This document shows, one piece after another, positions 19,265 through 27,318 of a DNA stretch of 64,000 nucleotides. Source of the DNA: Candidatus Sericytochromatia bacterium. GTDB taxonomy: Bacteria; Cyanobacteriota; Sericytochromatia; S15B-MN24; VGJW01. How positions within the stretch are numbered: the stretch's first letter is position 1; each line of letters begins with the position of its first letter. Below the pieces are notes generated by a model. It was not told the DNA's origin. It was given only the letters and a program-made list of their open reading frames with translations, and searched no databases. The stretch covers positions 64,001-128,000 of the forward strand of contig JAYKHS010000011.1 of the NCBI GenBank assembly GCA_035285865.1, in the 5' to 3' direction. Made by a program: the position numbers and the translations under genes.

Positions 19265-20406
19265 AGCCGGTCGTCTTTTCTGGCCCGGTATTCGGGGGAC
19301 ATCGGACCGGCCTCGAGCACCCCGAGTCGCCGGACCGCTGGACCCGATTGTCCGAGGCATTGGCTGGTCGCGAGGGTCTGATTCTCGAACCGCCCATATC
19401 GACAGGTCCCGAGATGATGCTCCTCGCGCACGATGCCGATTATCTGGAGAGGCTGATGGCCCTGTGCAGGGGGGGTGGGGGTTTCCTCGACGCAGACACC
19501 GTCCTCTCGGCGGACAGCTTCGACGTGGCGTCGGCTGCGGCCGGATCGACCCTGGCAGGCCTCGCTCACGCCATGGCGGGAACACCGGTCTTCGTGGCCG
19601 CCAGACCTCCGGGTCACCATGCCAGCCGCGCTCGCGGCATGGGGTTCTGCCTCGTCAACCACGTGGCGCTTGCCGCGAGGCAGGCCTGCAGCCTCGGCGC
19701 CGGTCGTGTCGCGATCCTCGACTGGGATGTCCACCACGGCAACGGAACCCAGGAACTGGTTACCGAGTGGCCGGATGTCGCCTTCCTCTCGCTGCATCAG
19801 GACGGCCATTGGCCAGGCACCGGTGCCACCGGAGATTCCTCAGGGGGGCGGATCCGCAACATCGGACTCCCGATGCGCACGGGGCATGAAGCCTACCTCG
19901 CTGTCTTCGAGCGTCTGGTTCTGCCTTGGCTCGACCGACAGGCCCCAGACCTCGTGATCATTTCCGCAGGCTTCGACGCCCATCATGCCGATCCACTCGG
20001 GCGGCTTTCGCTCGAAGCGAGGACCTTCCACACGCTGGCTCGCCTGGTGGCGGACTGGTGCAGGAACCGCCTCGGTGGAACCCATGTGCTTGCCGTTCTG
20101 GAAGGAGGCTACGAGCCGGTCTCTCTGGCGCGGTCCGTGATCGCCATGCTTCACGGGCTTGGTCCGGGACTGGACGGCATCGACATCAGCCCCGAAGAGC
20201 CGAGGTTCTTCCTGCCCCCCGACCGCTTTGCCTCCAGCACGCGGAACTGGCATGCGCTGTTCCCCGAACCGTGGATCAGCCCCTGCCCGACAGATAGCGC
20301 CGAGCCATCTGTTGCCGATGCTGCCGGTCCTGCGGCAGTTCACCCCGTCGCTCATCCCCAAGCAACATCATCAGGTTCGTCATCAGGACCGGATGGTCCG
20401 GACTGA
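19261..20406 (+). CDS. Histone deacetylase superfamily Zn-dependent deacylase
   Basis: HPESPDR, RPPGHHA, GFC, DWDVHHGNGTQ, SLHQ, GFDAH..DPLG, LEGGY all intact. Confidence 0.95.
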   Translation: MKPVVFSGPVFGGHRTGLEHPESPDRWTRLSEALAGREGLILEPPISTGPEMMLLAHDADYLERLMALCRGGGGFLDADTVLSADSFDVASAAAGSTLAGLAHAMAGTPVFVAARPPGHHASRARGMGFCLVNHVALAARQACSLGAGRVAILDWDVHHGNGTQELVTEWPDVAFLSLHQDGHWPGTGATGDSSGGRIRNIGLPMRTGHEAYLAVFERLVLPWLDRQAPDLVIISAGFDAHHADPLGRLSLEARTFHTLARLVADWCRNRLGGTHVLAVLEGGYEPVSLARSVIAMLHGLGPGLDGIDISPEEPRFFLPPDRFASSTRNWHALFPEPWISPCPTDSAEPSVADAAGPAAVHPVAHPQATSSGSSSGPDGPD

Positions 20407-20815
20407 GCAGCAAGGCACGACGCAGCGCAGCTTCGGCCCAATCCGGGCGTCCGCCCCTGTGATGGCTTGCCGCCAGATTGTTGTGGGGCCTGATGTCTCG
20501 CCCGGCGAGGTCCACCAGCACGGAAAAGGCGGCGACGGCCTGATCGCTATCCCCGAGTTCGAGATTCAGACATCCCAGCAGGTTCCAGGCCGGTTGAAGT
20601 TCGCGATCCTCCTGCAGCAGCTCCAGCGTCAGGTCGCGGGCGGCCAATGCCGTACCGGCTGCAGCGATGTCCCACGCCTCGGCAAACCGGGCATGAACGG
20701 GAGATTCGTGAACGGCCACCTTCTTCCACGGCGTGCGCCAGGGGCGTACCGCTGACACCGGCCACGGCCAAGGCAGCAGGGCCAGACCGACCGACGCAGC
20801 GTCAGCCTTGTCCAT
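20276..20815 (-). CDS. TPR-containing protein
   Basis: AWNLLGCLNLELG, HNNLAAS, AALRRALLLSPDHP are TPR-like; start overlaps the sdaAA end. Confidence 0.65.
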   Translation of the reverse strand: MDKADAASVGLALLPWPWPVSAVRPWRTPWKKVAVHESPVHARFAEAWDIAAAGTALAARDLTLELLQEDRELQPAWNLLGCLNLELGDSDQAVAAFSVLVDLAGRDIRPHNNLAASHHRGGRPDWAEAALRRALLLSPDHPVLMTNLMMLLGDERRGELPQDRQHRQQMARRYLSGRG

Positions 20816-21695
20816 GGTCCACGCGCGGTCGCTTCGCCATGACCTCAAGGCCAATCAGGGTCGTGGCAAGACCACCCTGTGAGGTTTCCTTGAGCTTCTT
20901 GGGCATGGCTTCGCCAATCTCCTTCATGGCCGAGATGACCTGGTCTGCCGGCACGAAACTGCGAATTCCTGCCAGGGCCATCTCGGCAGCGGTTGTCGCA
21001 TGGATGGCGAAGATGGCATTGCGCTTGATGCAGGGCACCTCGACGTATCCCCCGATCGGGTCGCAGACCAACCCGAGCGTGTTCTTCAAGGCAAGGGCCA
21101 TGGCTTGGATCGCCGCATCGGGAGAGGCTCCGGCCATCTCAGCCATGGCCCCCGCGGCCATGGCGGCCGAAACACCGACCTCCGCCATGCAACCTGCCTG
21201 AGCGCCCGAGATGGTGGCCCGATTCGCAATCACCATGCCTAGGGCTGCAGCAGTGAAAAGAGCCATCACGACCGCCTCGTCGTCGCAGCCAAGGCGCTGC
21301 TGAGCGCCCCACAACGCAGCTGGAAGGATGCCGCTGGAACCGGCCGTAGGGGCCGCCACGATGCGCCGCATGGCCGCCGAGCACTCGTTGACGGCAAGTG
21401 CCCGGGCCATGACACCGGCAGCCGTCTGGTCGACGAGCACGGGACGATGTCCGGACATCACCTGACCTGCTCCATGGGACAGGCCGCCCATCGTCCGCTG
21501 CGGAGCCTCGAGGCCCATCTCCATCGAACGCCGCATCGTGGCCCAGCGCTCACGCATGGCCACGAGAATCACTTCACGGTCGTGATGGCCTAGCGCCACC
21601 TCGTGCCTGAGCGCGACCTCGGCCAGCGTGATGCCATTGCCTTCGGCGAGCGCAACGAGATCCGCCATCGTGTCGAAGCGATAGGTCGGCTGCAT
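20802..21695 (-). CDS. sdaAA: L-serine dehydratase, Fe-S dependent, alpha subunit
   Basis: IVAAPTAGSSGILP, ISGAQAGCMAEVG, LGLVCDPIGGYVEVPCIKRN, KETSQGGLA. Confidence 0.96.
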   Translation of the reverse strand: MQPTYRFDTMADLVALAEGNGITLAEVALRHEVALGHHDREVILVAMRERWATMRRSMEMGLEAPQRTMGGLSHGAGQVMSGHRPVLVDQTAAGVMARALAVNECSAAMRRIVAAPTAGSSGILPAALWGAQQRLGCDDEAVVMALFTAAALGMVIANRATISGAQAGCMAEVGVSAAMAAGAMAEMAGASPDAAIQAMALALKNTLGLVCDPIGGYVEVPCIKRNAIFAIHATTAAEMALAGIRSFVPADQVISAMKEIGEAMPKKLKETSQGGLATTLIGLEVMAKRPRVDHGQG

Positions 21696-21707
21696 GGCGA
21701 GGCCTCC

Positions 21708-22385
21708 TCAAGCCAGACGGGGCAGGGCACGGGCCGAGACCATGCCGGGGATGGCCCGCGCAGCCCGGACCAGTTCGGCCGGCAACTCGTGATCGGCCTC
21801 GAGCGTCATGAAGGCGTGTGCCCCGCGATGGTGGCGGGCTACCCGCATGAATGCGATATTGACCGCATGGTCCGTCAACAAGGAACTTACCTCCTGCACG
21901 AGGCCGGGCCGATCCTCGTGGACCGTCACGAGCGTCGGAAAATCACCGGAAATATCCACGTCATAACCTTGGATGGACGTGATCCGCACGGCTCCTCCAC
22001 CCAGCGAACTGCCGATCATCTCGAGCGTCTCGCCCGCAGCGGAGCGAAGAACGAACCGCACGGAACAGGGGTGTACATCCGGACCGAGGTTGACGGTCCC
22101 GAAGGACCAGACCAGGCCAGCATCACGTGCGTGCTCGAAGGCGTCCTTAAGGCGATCGTCTCCAGAGGAGAAACCCAGGAGGCCAGCAACCAGAGCCCTG
22201 TCCGTACCGTGTCCGGCACCGGTCTCGGCAAACGACCCGTGCAGTTGCAACCGTGCCTCGACCGGCGTCTCACCGAGTAAGGCACGCGCCAGAGAACCCA
22301 GACGGGCAGCACCGGCCGTATGGGAGCTGCTGGGCCCAATCATGATGGGCCCGATGATAGAGAAAACGCTGTCGTAGGCGGCCAT
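21708..22385 (-). CDS. sdaAB: L-serine dehydratase, Fe-S dependent, beta subunit with ACT domain
   Basis: IIGPIMIGPSSSHTAGA, GSFAETGAGHGTDRAL, HEDRPG, NIAFM; start 22385 or 22394. Confidence 0.96.
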   Translation of the reverse strand: MAAYDSVFSIIGPIMIGPSSSHTAGAARLGSLARALLGETPVEARLQLHGSFAETGAGHGTDRALVAGLLGFSSGDDRLKDAFEHARDAGLVWSFGTVNLGPDVHPCSVRFVLRSAAGETLEMIGSSLGGGAVRITSIQGYDVDISGDFPTLVTVHEDRPGLVQEVSSLLTDHAVNIAFMRVARHHRGAHAFMTLEADHELPAELVRAARAIPGMVSARALPRLA

Positions 22386-22422
22386 GGGAGTCATGATACG
22401 ACCAACAGGCCGGATAAAGCAG

Positions 22423-22461
22423 TGCGGCGGGGCAGTCGGGCTACCCGACCATCCCGCCGCA
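22423..22461 (-). terminator. GC-rich hairpin downstream of the 22469-23311 gene
   Basis: TGCGGCGGG..GTCGGG-CTA-CCCGAC..CCCGCCGCA inverted repeat. Confidence 0.5.
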
Positions 22462-22468
22462 ACACCAG

Positions 22469-23311
22469 CTAGAACTGTGCCGGTACCGGCTGCTGCGCCA
22501 CGCTTTCAGGCGTGAGGGCGAGCAGGACCTGCGCCGTGTCCCTGCGACGGATGGTCACCTTGTCCCGCAAACCCAGGCGATAATCGGCGCTCCGCGCCGT
22601 AACCTCGTAGGCACCGGCCTCGAGGCGTCCGATACGGAACAGCCCCTGTCGGTCGGCGCGGGCCCGCCAGATTCGGCCATTACCGAACGACCGCACCGTG
22701 ACCTCGGCAAGGGGCAGGACGACCAAGGAGCGCGCGTCATAGACCTTGCCCGCCATGCGCCCCTTGGACAGCAGGTCCCAGACGGCCCCGAAGTCAGGCA
22801 GACGTACAATGCAAGCCGTGACCAGCGTCTCTCCCTGCAGCCTGCCGCGAACCACGACCTTGCTGTTGAGACGTTGCGCAAGCAGGAGGCGTCCTTGCTC
22901 GTCACGACCCGCGAGGGGAATCGCCGCTTCTTTCTTCCACCAGAGCGAACCCTTGCGAATCTGCAGGAAGAACCGACCGTCTTCGTTGGACCGGATGAAG
23001 CCCACTCGGGTCATGCGCTTGCCCTGCGGCTCGGACGCCGTGGCCTCTGGCGACATGATATCGCCCTGCTCGGCGGCGAGGTCCGCGAGATCGGCCTCGT
23101 CGATCTCGTCCATGTCAGTCTGGAGGTTCAGGACCTCCATGTTTGCCTCGGGACCAACCTCGGCATCCCGCGCCCCGAACACGGGCTGGGAGGCGGTCGG
23201 CACCTGGGAGCGTGCCGCGAGGCTTGCCTGCGGGGCAACCTGACCGCAGCCCACGACGGCCAGCACCACCGCCATCGCCGCCAGTCGCGGGAATGCAACG
23301 CGAACAAACAT
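22469..23311 (-). CDS. Lipoprotein with a C-terminal carboxypeptidase-regulatory-like beta-sandwich
   Basis: Lipobox VVGC; acidic linker; GRMAGKVYDA...ADRQGLFRIGRLEAGAYEVTAR. Confidence 0.8.
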   Translation of the reverse strand: MFVRVAFPRLAAMAVVLAVVGCGQVAPQASLAARSQVPTASQPVFGARDAEVGPEANMEVLNLQTDMDEIDEADLADLAAEQGDIMSPEATASEPQGKRMTRVGFIRSNEDGRFFLQIRKGSLWWKKEAAIPLAGRDEQGRLLLAQRLNSKVVVRGRLQGETLVTACIVRLPDFGAVWDLLSKGRMAGKVYDARSLVVLPLAEVTVRSFGNGRIWRARADRQGLFRIGRLEAGAYEVTARSADYRLGLRDKVTIRRRDTAQVLLALTPESVAQQPVPAQF

Positions 23312-23351
23312 GAAGAACCCCCCGGGCCCAAGGAAGCCTGTAACTGCTTTC

Positions 23352-23406
23352 CTATCGCCGCGGGGGGTGCCGGACGGGGTAAATCCCTTGATAAGCCTTC
23401 GTTAAG
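23352..23406 (-). promoter_or_regulatory. Three 11-bp-period repeats (CTTAACGA/CTTATCAA/ATTTACCC) plus GGCGATAG
   Basis: Minus-strand reading upstream of the 23311 start; the last repeat starts 25 nt before GGCGATAG. Confidence 0.55.
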
Positions 23407-23415
23407 AAAAGGCGA

Positions 23416-23688
23416 TCAACGCGCGTTCTGGTTGACGAGCTTCATCAAGCGCGACTTGCGCCGAGCCGCCGTGTTGGGGTGCATCACGCCCTTGCGCACC
23501 GCGACGTCGATGGTGCTGATCGCCTCACGGATGAGCTGATCGGGCACAGGACCGGAGGAGGTGTCCAGAGCCTGCTCACGAACCTTGCGGAAGCGGGTCT
23601 TCACCTCGGACTTCACGGCGACGTTGCGCTTGCGGTTGCGATCGGCGATCTCGGCCCGCTTGATGGCCGACTTGGTCCGCTTGGCCAA
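23416..23688 (-). CDS. rpsT: 30S ribosomal protein S20
   Basis: KSAIKRAEIADRNRKRN...IDVAVRKGVMHPNTAARRKSRL; TTG start with GAGGAG SD. Confidence 0.97.
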   Translation of the reverse strand: MAKRTKSAIKRAEIADRNRKRNVAVKSEVKTRFRKVREQALDTSSGPVPDQLIREAISTIDVAVRKGVMHPNTAARRKSRLMKLVNQNAR

Positions 23689-23785
23689 GGGTAACTCCTC
23701 AATCAATCAAAAAAGACAGAACTGAAGCTGAAGTCTAGCAAAGGACCAGGCGTTCCGCAAGTCCCCACGGCCCTCGTCCGTAGGT

Positions 23786-25861
23786 TCACCGATGGCGCTG
23801 CAGACGCTGGCGCGCCATGGCCGCCTCATCTCCCTGAGGAGCCAATCGGAGGTACTCCGCCCAGTGTCGGCGGGCCTCAGGCACATCCCCACGCTCCAGT
23901 GCCAGTTCCCCGAGATGCCAATGGGCCGAGGCGAGTGCCGGATCATCGCGAAGAGCCTCCTCGAAGGCCTGACGTGCCGTTGCCCGATCCCCTTCGGCAA
24001 GGGCGGACAGCGCCAGTCTGGCGCGAAATCTGGCCTGAGCCGCCTGCACCCCGTCCCCGCCAGAGCCCTCGAGACCCCGCTTCGCCGTCGCACCTTCCCG
24101 TAGCGCCTCCGTCGGAGCCTGAAGCCGATGATCCCCGAGCGGTTCGGAAACCCAGGAGCCTGTCCGCTGTGTGGCGCCCGACGTGACCATGTCTTCTCGC
24201 CTGTCCCGCTCCAAGGGGCGTCCGACGGCCCTCGCCCGGTCTCCGCGCTCGGCTTCGCGTGCCACGACAGTCGGACGTTCCGCCTGTTCCGAGGACACCG
24301 TGGGCAGCAGAGTCCCAGTCGGTGACTGACGGGATTCGGCCACGCGCCCCAGCATCGTCGGGGCCTCATCCCCCGCCGACCGCGACGGCGGCGCCCCCTC
24401 GGACATGCTGGCCATCGGCAGGGGCTCGGGGGCCACCGTAGCCACCGGCAAGCCGTCCCTGCCTATGGCCTCCTGAATCCGCGCCGAACCGTCGAAGGTG
24501 CCGACGGCCTGCCCCTCGAACCGCGCCGACGTGCCGGTGGGCCCGAGGGATCGGGCACGCATCAGCGCATCCAGTCGGTCCGGACGCCCTGAAGGCATCG
24601 GCAGGGAACCAGTTGCCCCGGACAACCAGTCCGCGCCCCCCGGATTGCGTCCTAATCGCGCCGCGGACCGGGGGGCAGCACCCTCCCGTAGCACCAACCA
24701 GGTCGCCCAGCCCGCAAGCAACGCCGCCGCGACCACCGCCGGCCACCAGCGCCGGCGAGAAGCCGCTGAGGCACCCGGCGTGTCGGCCGGGGACCTCGCC
24801 TCACCCGGAGAATCGGAGGCAGCGGACGAACGACGAAGCGGCGGTGGGGGTGGCGGCACACGGTCCCAGGCCGCCATCCGCCGCTCCATCCGCTGTTCCG
24901 CGAGGACACCGACAAGTTCTGACACGGAAACATGGCCGGAGGCCACGAGCAGGTGGCCAAGCGGCCTGGCCTGATCAATCTGGCGCGCCAGCGCATCAGA
25001 CAGAATCCGGACCTCGACGCCACGCGCCGCCAACAAGGCAGCCATTCGGGGGCCCTCCCCTGCGTGCTCCCCCAGCCAGTGCACGTGTGCCTCGGCCCGC
25101 GCCCGCAGAGGCGCCGCCAGCGGCAGGCGCATCCAGCCTGCGTCCAGCCCGTCCCAGCCCGCCCCGTGCCAGGCAGCTGCGGCTTCAGCCCACGAAGCCA
25201 TGCCCCACAGGGCGGTGACCAACCATGGATGGCAGAGGGGATCACGCCACGCGGGTCGCGCCCCGAGTCGGGCAGCCCAGTGGGCTCCCTCCTCGGGAGC
25301 AAGGCCGAGCAGGACACCCAGCGGGCGGTCCTCGATCATCTGCCGCGCCATCGCGTCCTTGAGCTCCAGCTGGCCGAAGCGACCGGCGGCGAGCAAACGC
25401 GCACCCATCCGATCCGCATGCACCCGAACAGGACGAATTGCGGCTGGCGGCACCCCCCAGCCCCCTAGCCACGCCTCCAGGTCCAGTTCCCCGCGGCGAA
25501 CGGCCCTGGCTGCATCCCCGGGCCAGGTCCCGGGGCCACCCGGATGGCCCAGCAACTCGTGACAGCGTTCGAGGGACAAAGCCACGGTCCCCGGCTCGTC
25601 CGGAAGCGGACCATCCGGTGCCAGCACCAGCCAAGGTCGGCCGCCGATAGGCCCCGCCGACCATCCTGGTTCGGGACCCTCCGTCCCCGAGCGCCCGACC
25701 CATGTCAACGGGACGCGCAACCAGGCGCCGTCTCGCCCGAGCACCTCCAGCCCTCCGTGACCGGCGCGCCAGCGATCCCGTGGTGTCCGCAGCGCAACCC
25801 AGCCCTCCGTCCGGCTTGCCATGTCAAGCCATCGGACCAGGGGAAGAGCCTCCGCGGACAT
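23786..25861 (-). CDS. Membrane protein with MshEN-like motifs, one TM helix and a C-terminal TPR
   Basis: RMGARLLAAG..ELKDAMARQ and RPLGHLLVASGHVSVSELVGVLAEQ; TM RRWWPAVVAAALLAGWATWLV; TPR AHWHLG..EARRHWAEYLRLAP. The upstream part of the 1177-aa track ORF is antisense to the 25925 gene. Confidence 0.7.
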   Translation of the reverse strand: MSAEALPLVRWLDMASRTEGWVALRTPRDRWRAGHGGLEVLGRDGAWLRVPLTWVGRSGTEGPEPGWSAGPIGGRPWLVLAPDGPLPDEPGTVALSLERCHELLGHPGGPGTWPGDAARAVRRGELDLEAWLGGWGVPPAAIRPVRVHADRMGARLLAAGRFGQLELKDAMARQMIEDRPLGVLLGLAPEEGAHWAARLGARPAWRDPLCHPWLVTALWGMASWAEAAAAWHGAGWDGLDAGWMRLPLAAPLRARAEAHVHWLGEHAGEGPRMAALLAARGVEVRILSDALARQIDQARPLGHLLVASGHVSVSELVGVLAEQRMERRMAAWDRVPPPPPPLRRSSAASDSPGEARSPADTPGASAASRRRWWPAVVAAALLAGWATWLVLREGAAPRSAARLGRNPGGADWLSGATGSLPMPSGRPDRLDALMRARSLGPTGTSARFEGQAVGTFDGSARIQEAIGRDGLPVATVAPEPLPMASMSEGAPPSRSAGDEAPTMLGRVAESRQSPTGTLLPTVSSEQAERPTVVAREAERGDRARAVGRPLERDRREDMVTSGATQRTGSWVSEPLGDHRLQAPTEALREGATAKRGLEGSGGDGVQAAQARFRARLALSALAEGDRATARQAFEEALRDDPALASAHWHLGELALERGDVPEARRHWAEYLRLAPQGDEAAMARQRLQRHR

Positions 25862-25924
25862 CGGCTGTGCAGACCTGCGAGGTACAAGGGATGGGAGAGA
25901 GCCATCCGTGTATAACACGGAGAG

Positions 25925-27283
25925 ATGGACACGAGTCAGGAGGCCTTCCAGGAGGGCGTCAACGAGTTCCAGGCCGGGAACCTCGATGCCGCACTGGCTG
26001 CCTTTGCACAGGTTGGCAAGGAGCACCGCAAGCTCCAGGCCCAGGCCCTGACCTACATCGGCCGCATCCAGAGTGCGCGGGGCGCCTATGCGGACGCGGA
26101 GGCGTCCCTGCGTCGCTCCTTGTCCCTGCAGACGCGGATCGACCCCCAGAGTCTCTTTCATCTCGGCGAAGTCTACTTCCACGCGCGACGGTGGCCCGAA
26201 GCGGAGAAGTACCTTCAGGAGACGATTGCTCTCGAACCCAAGTACACGGATGCCTACATCCGCCTCGGCATGGTCTTCCGCGAGACCAAGCGCCCCGAGG
26301 ATGCCCGCAAGTCCTTCGAACTGGCCATTGTCAACGACTCCAAGGCTGTCGTGGCTCGCTACCAATTGGCCCTGATCTGCGCCGAAAAAGAGGATTACAA
26401 GCGCGCGCTCAGCCAGTTGCACTTCGTCAAGAACCTCGCTGAGACTTATGCACCCGCCTTCGTGCTGCAGGGGGATATCTACCAACGCCTCGGCGACCAT
26501 CTTCAGGCCATCGTCGAGTATGTCCGAGTGGTCGAGATGGGGCGAGCGGACGCCAGCCTGTACTGGCGCCTTGGGCGCTCTTTCATTGCGGTCAAGGACC
26601 GCCAGCAAGCCGTAAAAGCGTTTGAGGAGGCCGTTCGCAACGATCGCCAGCTCTGGCCGGCGTGGTTCTATGCTGCACAGCTGCGCGAGGACTTGCAGGA
26701 CCACGCAAGGGCCCTGTCGCACTACAGAAACCTTCTGGGCGTCGAGGAGTACAAGGCCGTCGCGCGTGAGGCCATCGACCGCCTGTCCCGACTGGTCCCG
26801 GGCGGAGCAAGCGTCCTGCCGCCGATGGAACAGGATGCCCCGGCCGTGTTCGAGGCCCCGGCGGAGACGACCCGAGTTTCGGCGACCCACACGCTCGAGG
26901 CGGTCCAGAAGCAGCTTACGGGTTCGATCGGGGCGCGCCGGACAGCCCCCCTCAGGACCACGGGCAATCTGGCCAAGGAGCGATGGGTCGAAGAGGAAGC
27001 CGAGGATGAGGTCGCTCCTGCCGCCCCTGCAGCCAACGCTCCTCAAGATGCTCGTGAAGCCTACGGCGGACCGGACATCATCGATCTGGTCGCTGCGGCC
27101 GTGCGGTCGGGCAGCGTGGACGAGGTATTCAGCGTCCTGCGCCACAGTTCCCTCGACGAGATCACGGGCACCCTGCGTTCCCGGGTGGATCCGGTGCTCA
27201 AGGCCGTCGATCCCGCCCGTCTGGGGCAGCTCCTGTCCGAGCAGATGGCCAAGCGCAAGGCCTCGAGCAAGAAGAAGAAGTAG
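25925..27283 (+). CDS. Multi-TPR protein
   Basis: About eight consecutive TPR-like units (SLFHLGEVY, AYIRLGMVF, ARYQLALI, LYWRLGRSF) then a low-complexity linker. Confidence 0.88.
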   Translation: MDTSQEAFQEGVNEFQAGNLDAALAAFAQVGKEHRKLQAQALTYIGRIQSARGAYADAEASLRRSLSLQTRIDPQSLFHLGEVYFHARRWPEAEKYLQETIALEPKYTDAYIRLGMVFRETKRPEDARKSFELAIVNDSKAVVARYQLALICAEKEDYKRALSQLHFVKNLAETYAPAFVLQGDIYQRLGDHLQAIVEYVRVVEMGRADASLYWRLGRSFIAVKDRQQAVKAFEEAVRNDRQLWPAWFYAAQLREDLQDHARALSHYRNLLGVEEYKAVAREAIDRLSRLVPGGASVLPPMEQDAPAVFEAPAETTRVSATHTLEAVQKQLTGSIGARRTAPLRTTGNLAKERWVEEEAEDEVAPAAPAANAPQDAREAYGGPDIIDLVAAAVRSGSVDEVFSVLRHSSLDEITGTLRSRVDPVLKAVDPARLGQLLSEQMAKRKASSKKKK

Positions 27284-27318
27284 GGCTGATAGCATGGGCC
27301 CAACGGGAGGGCCTTGCA

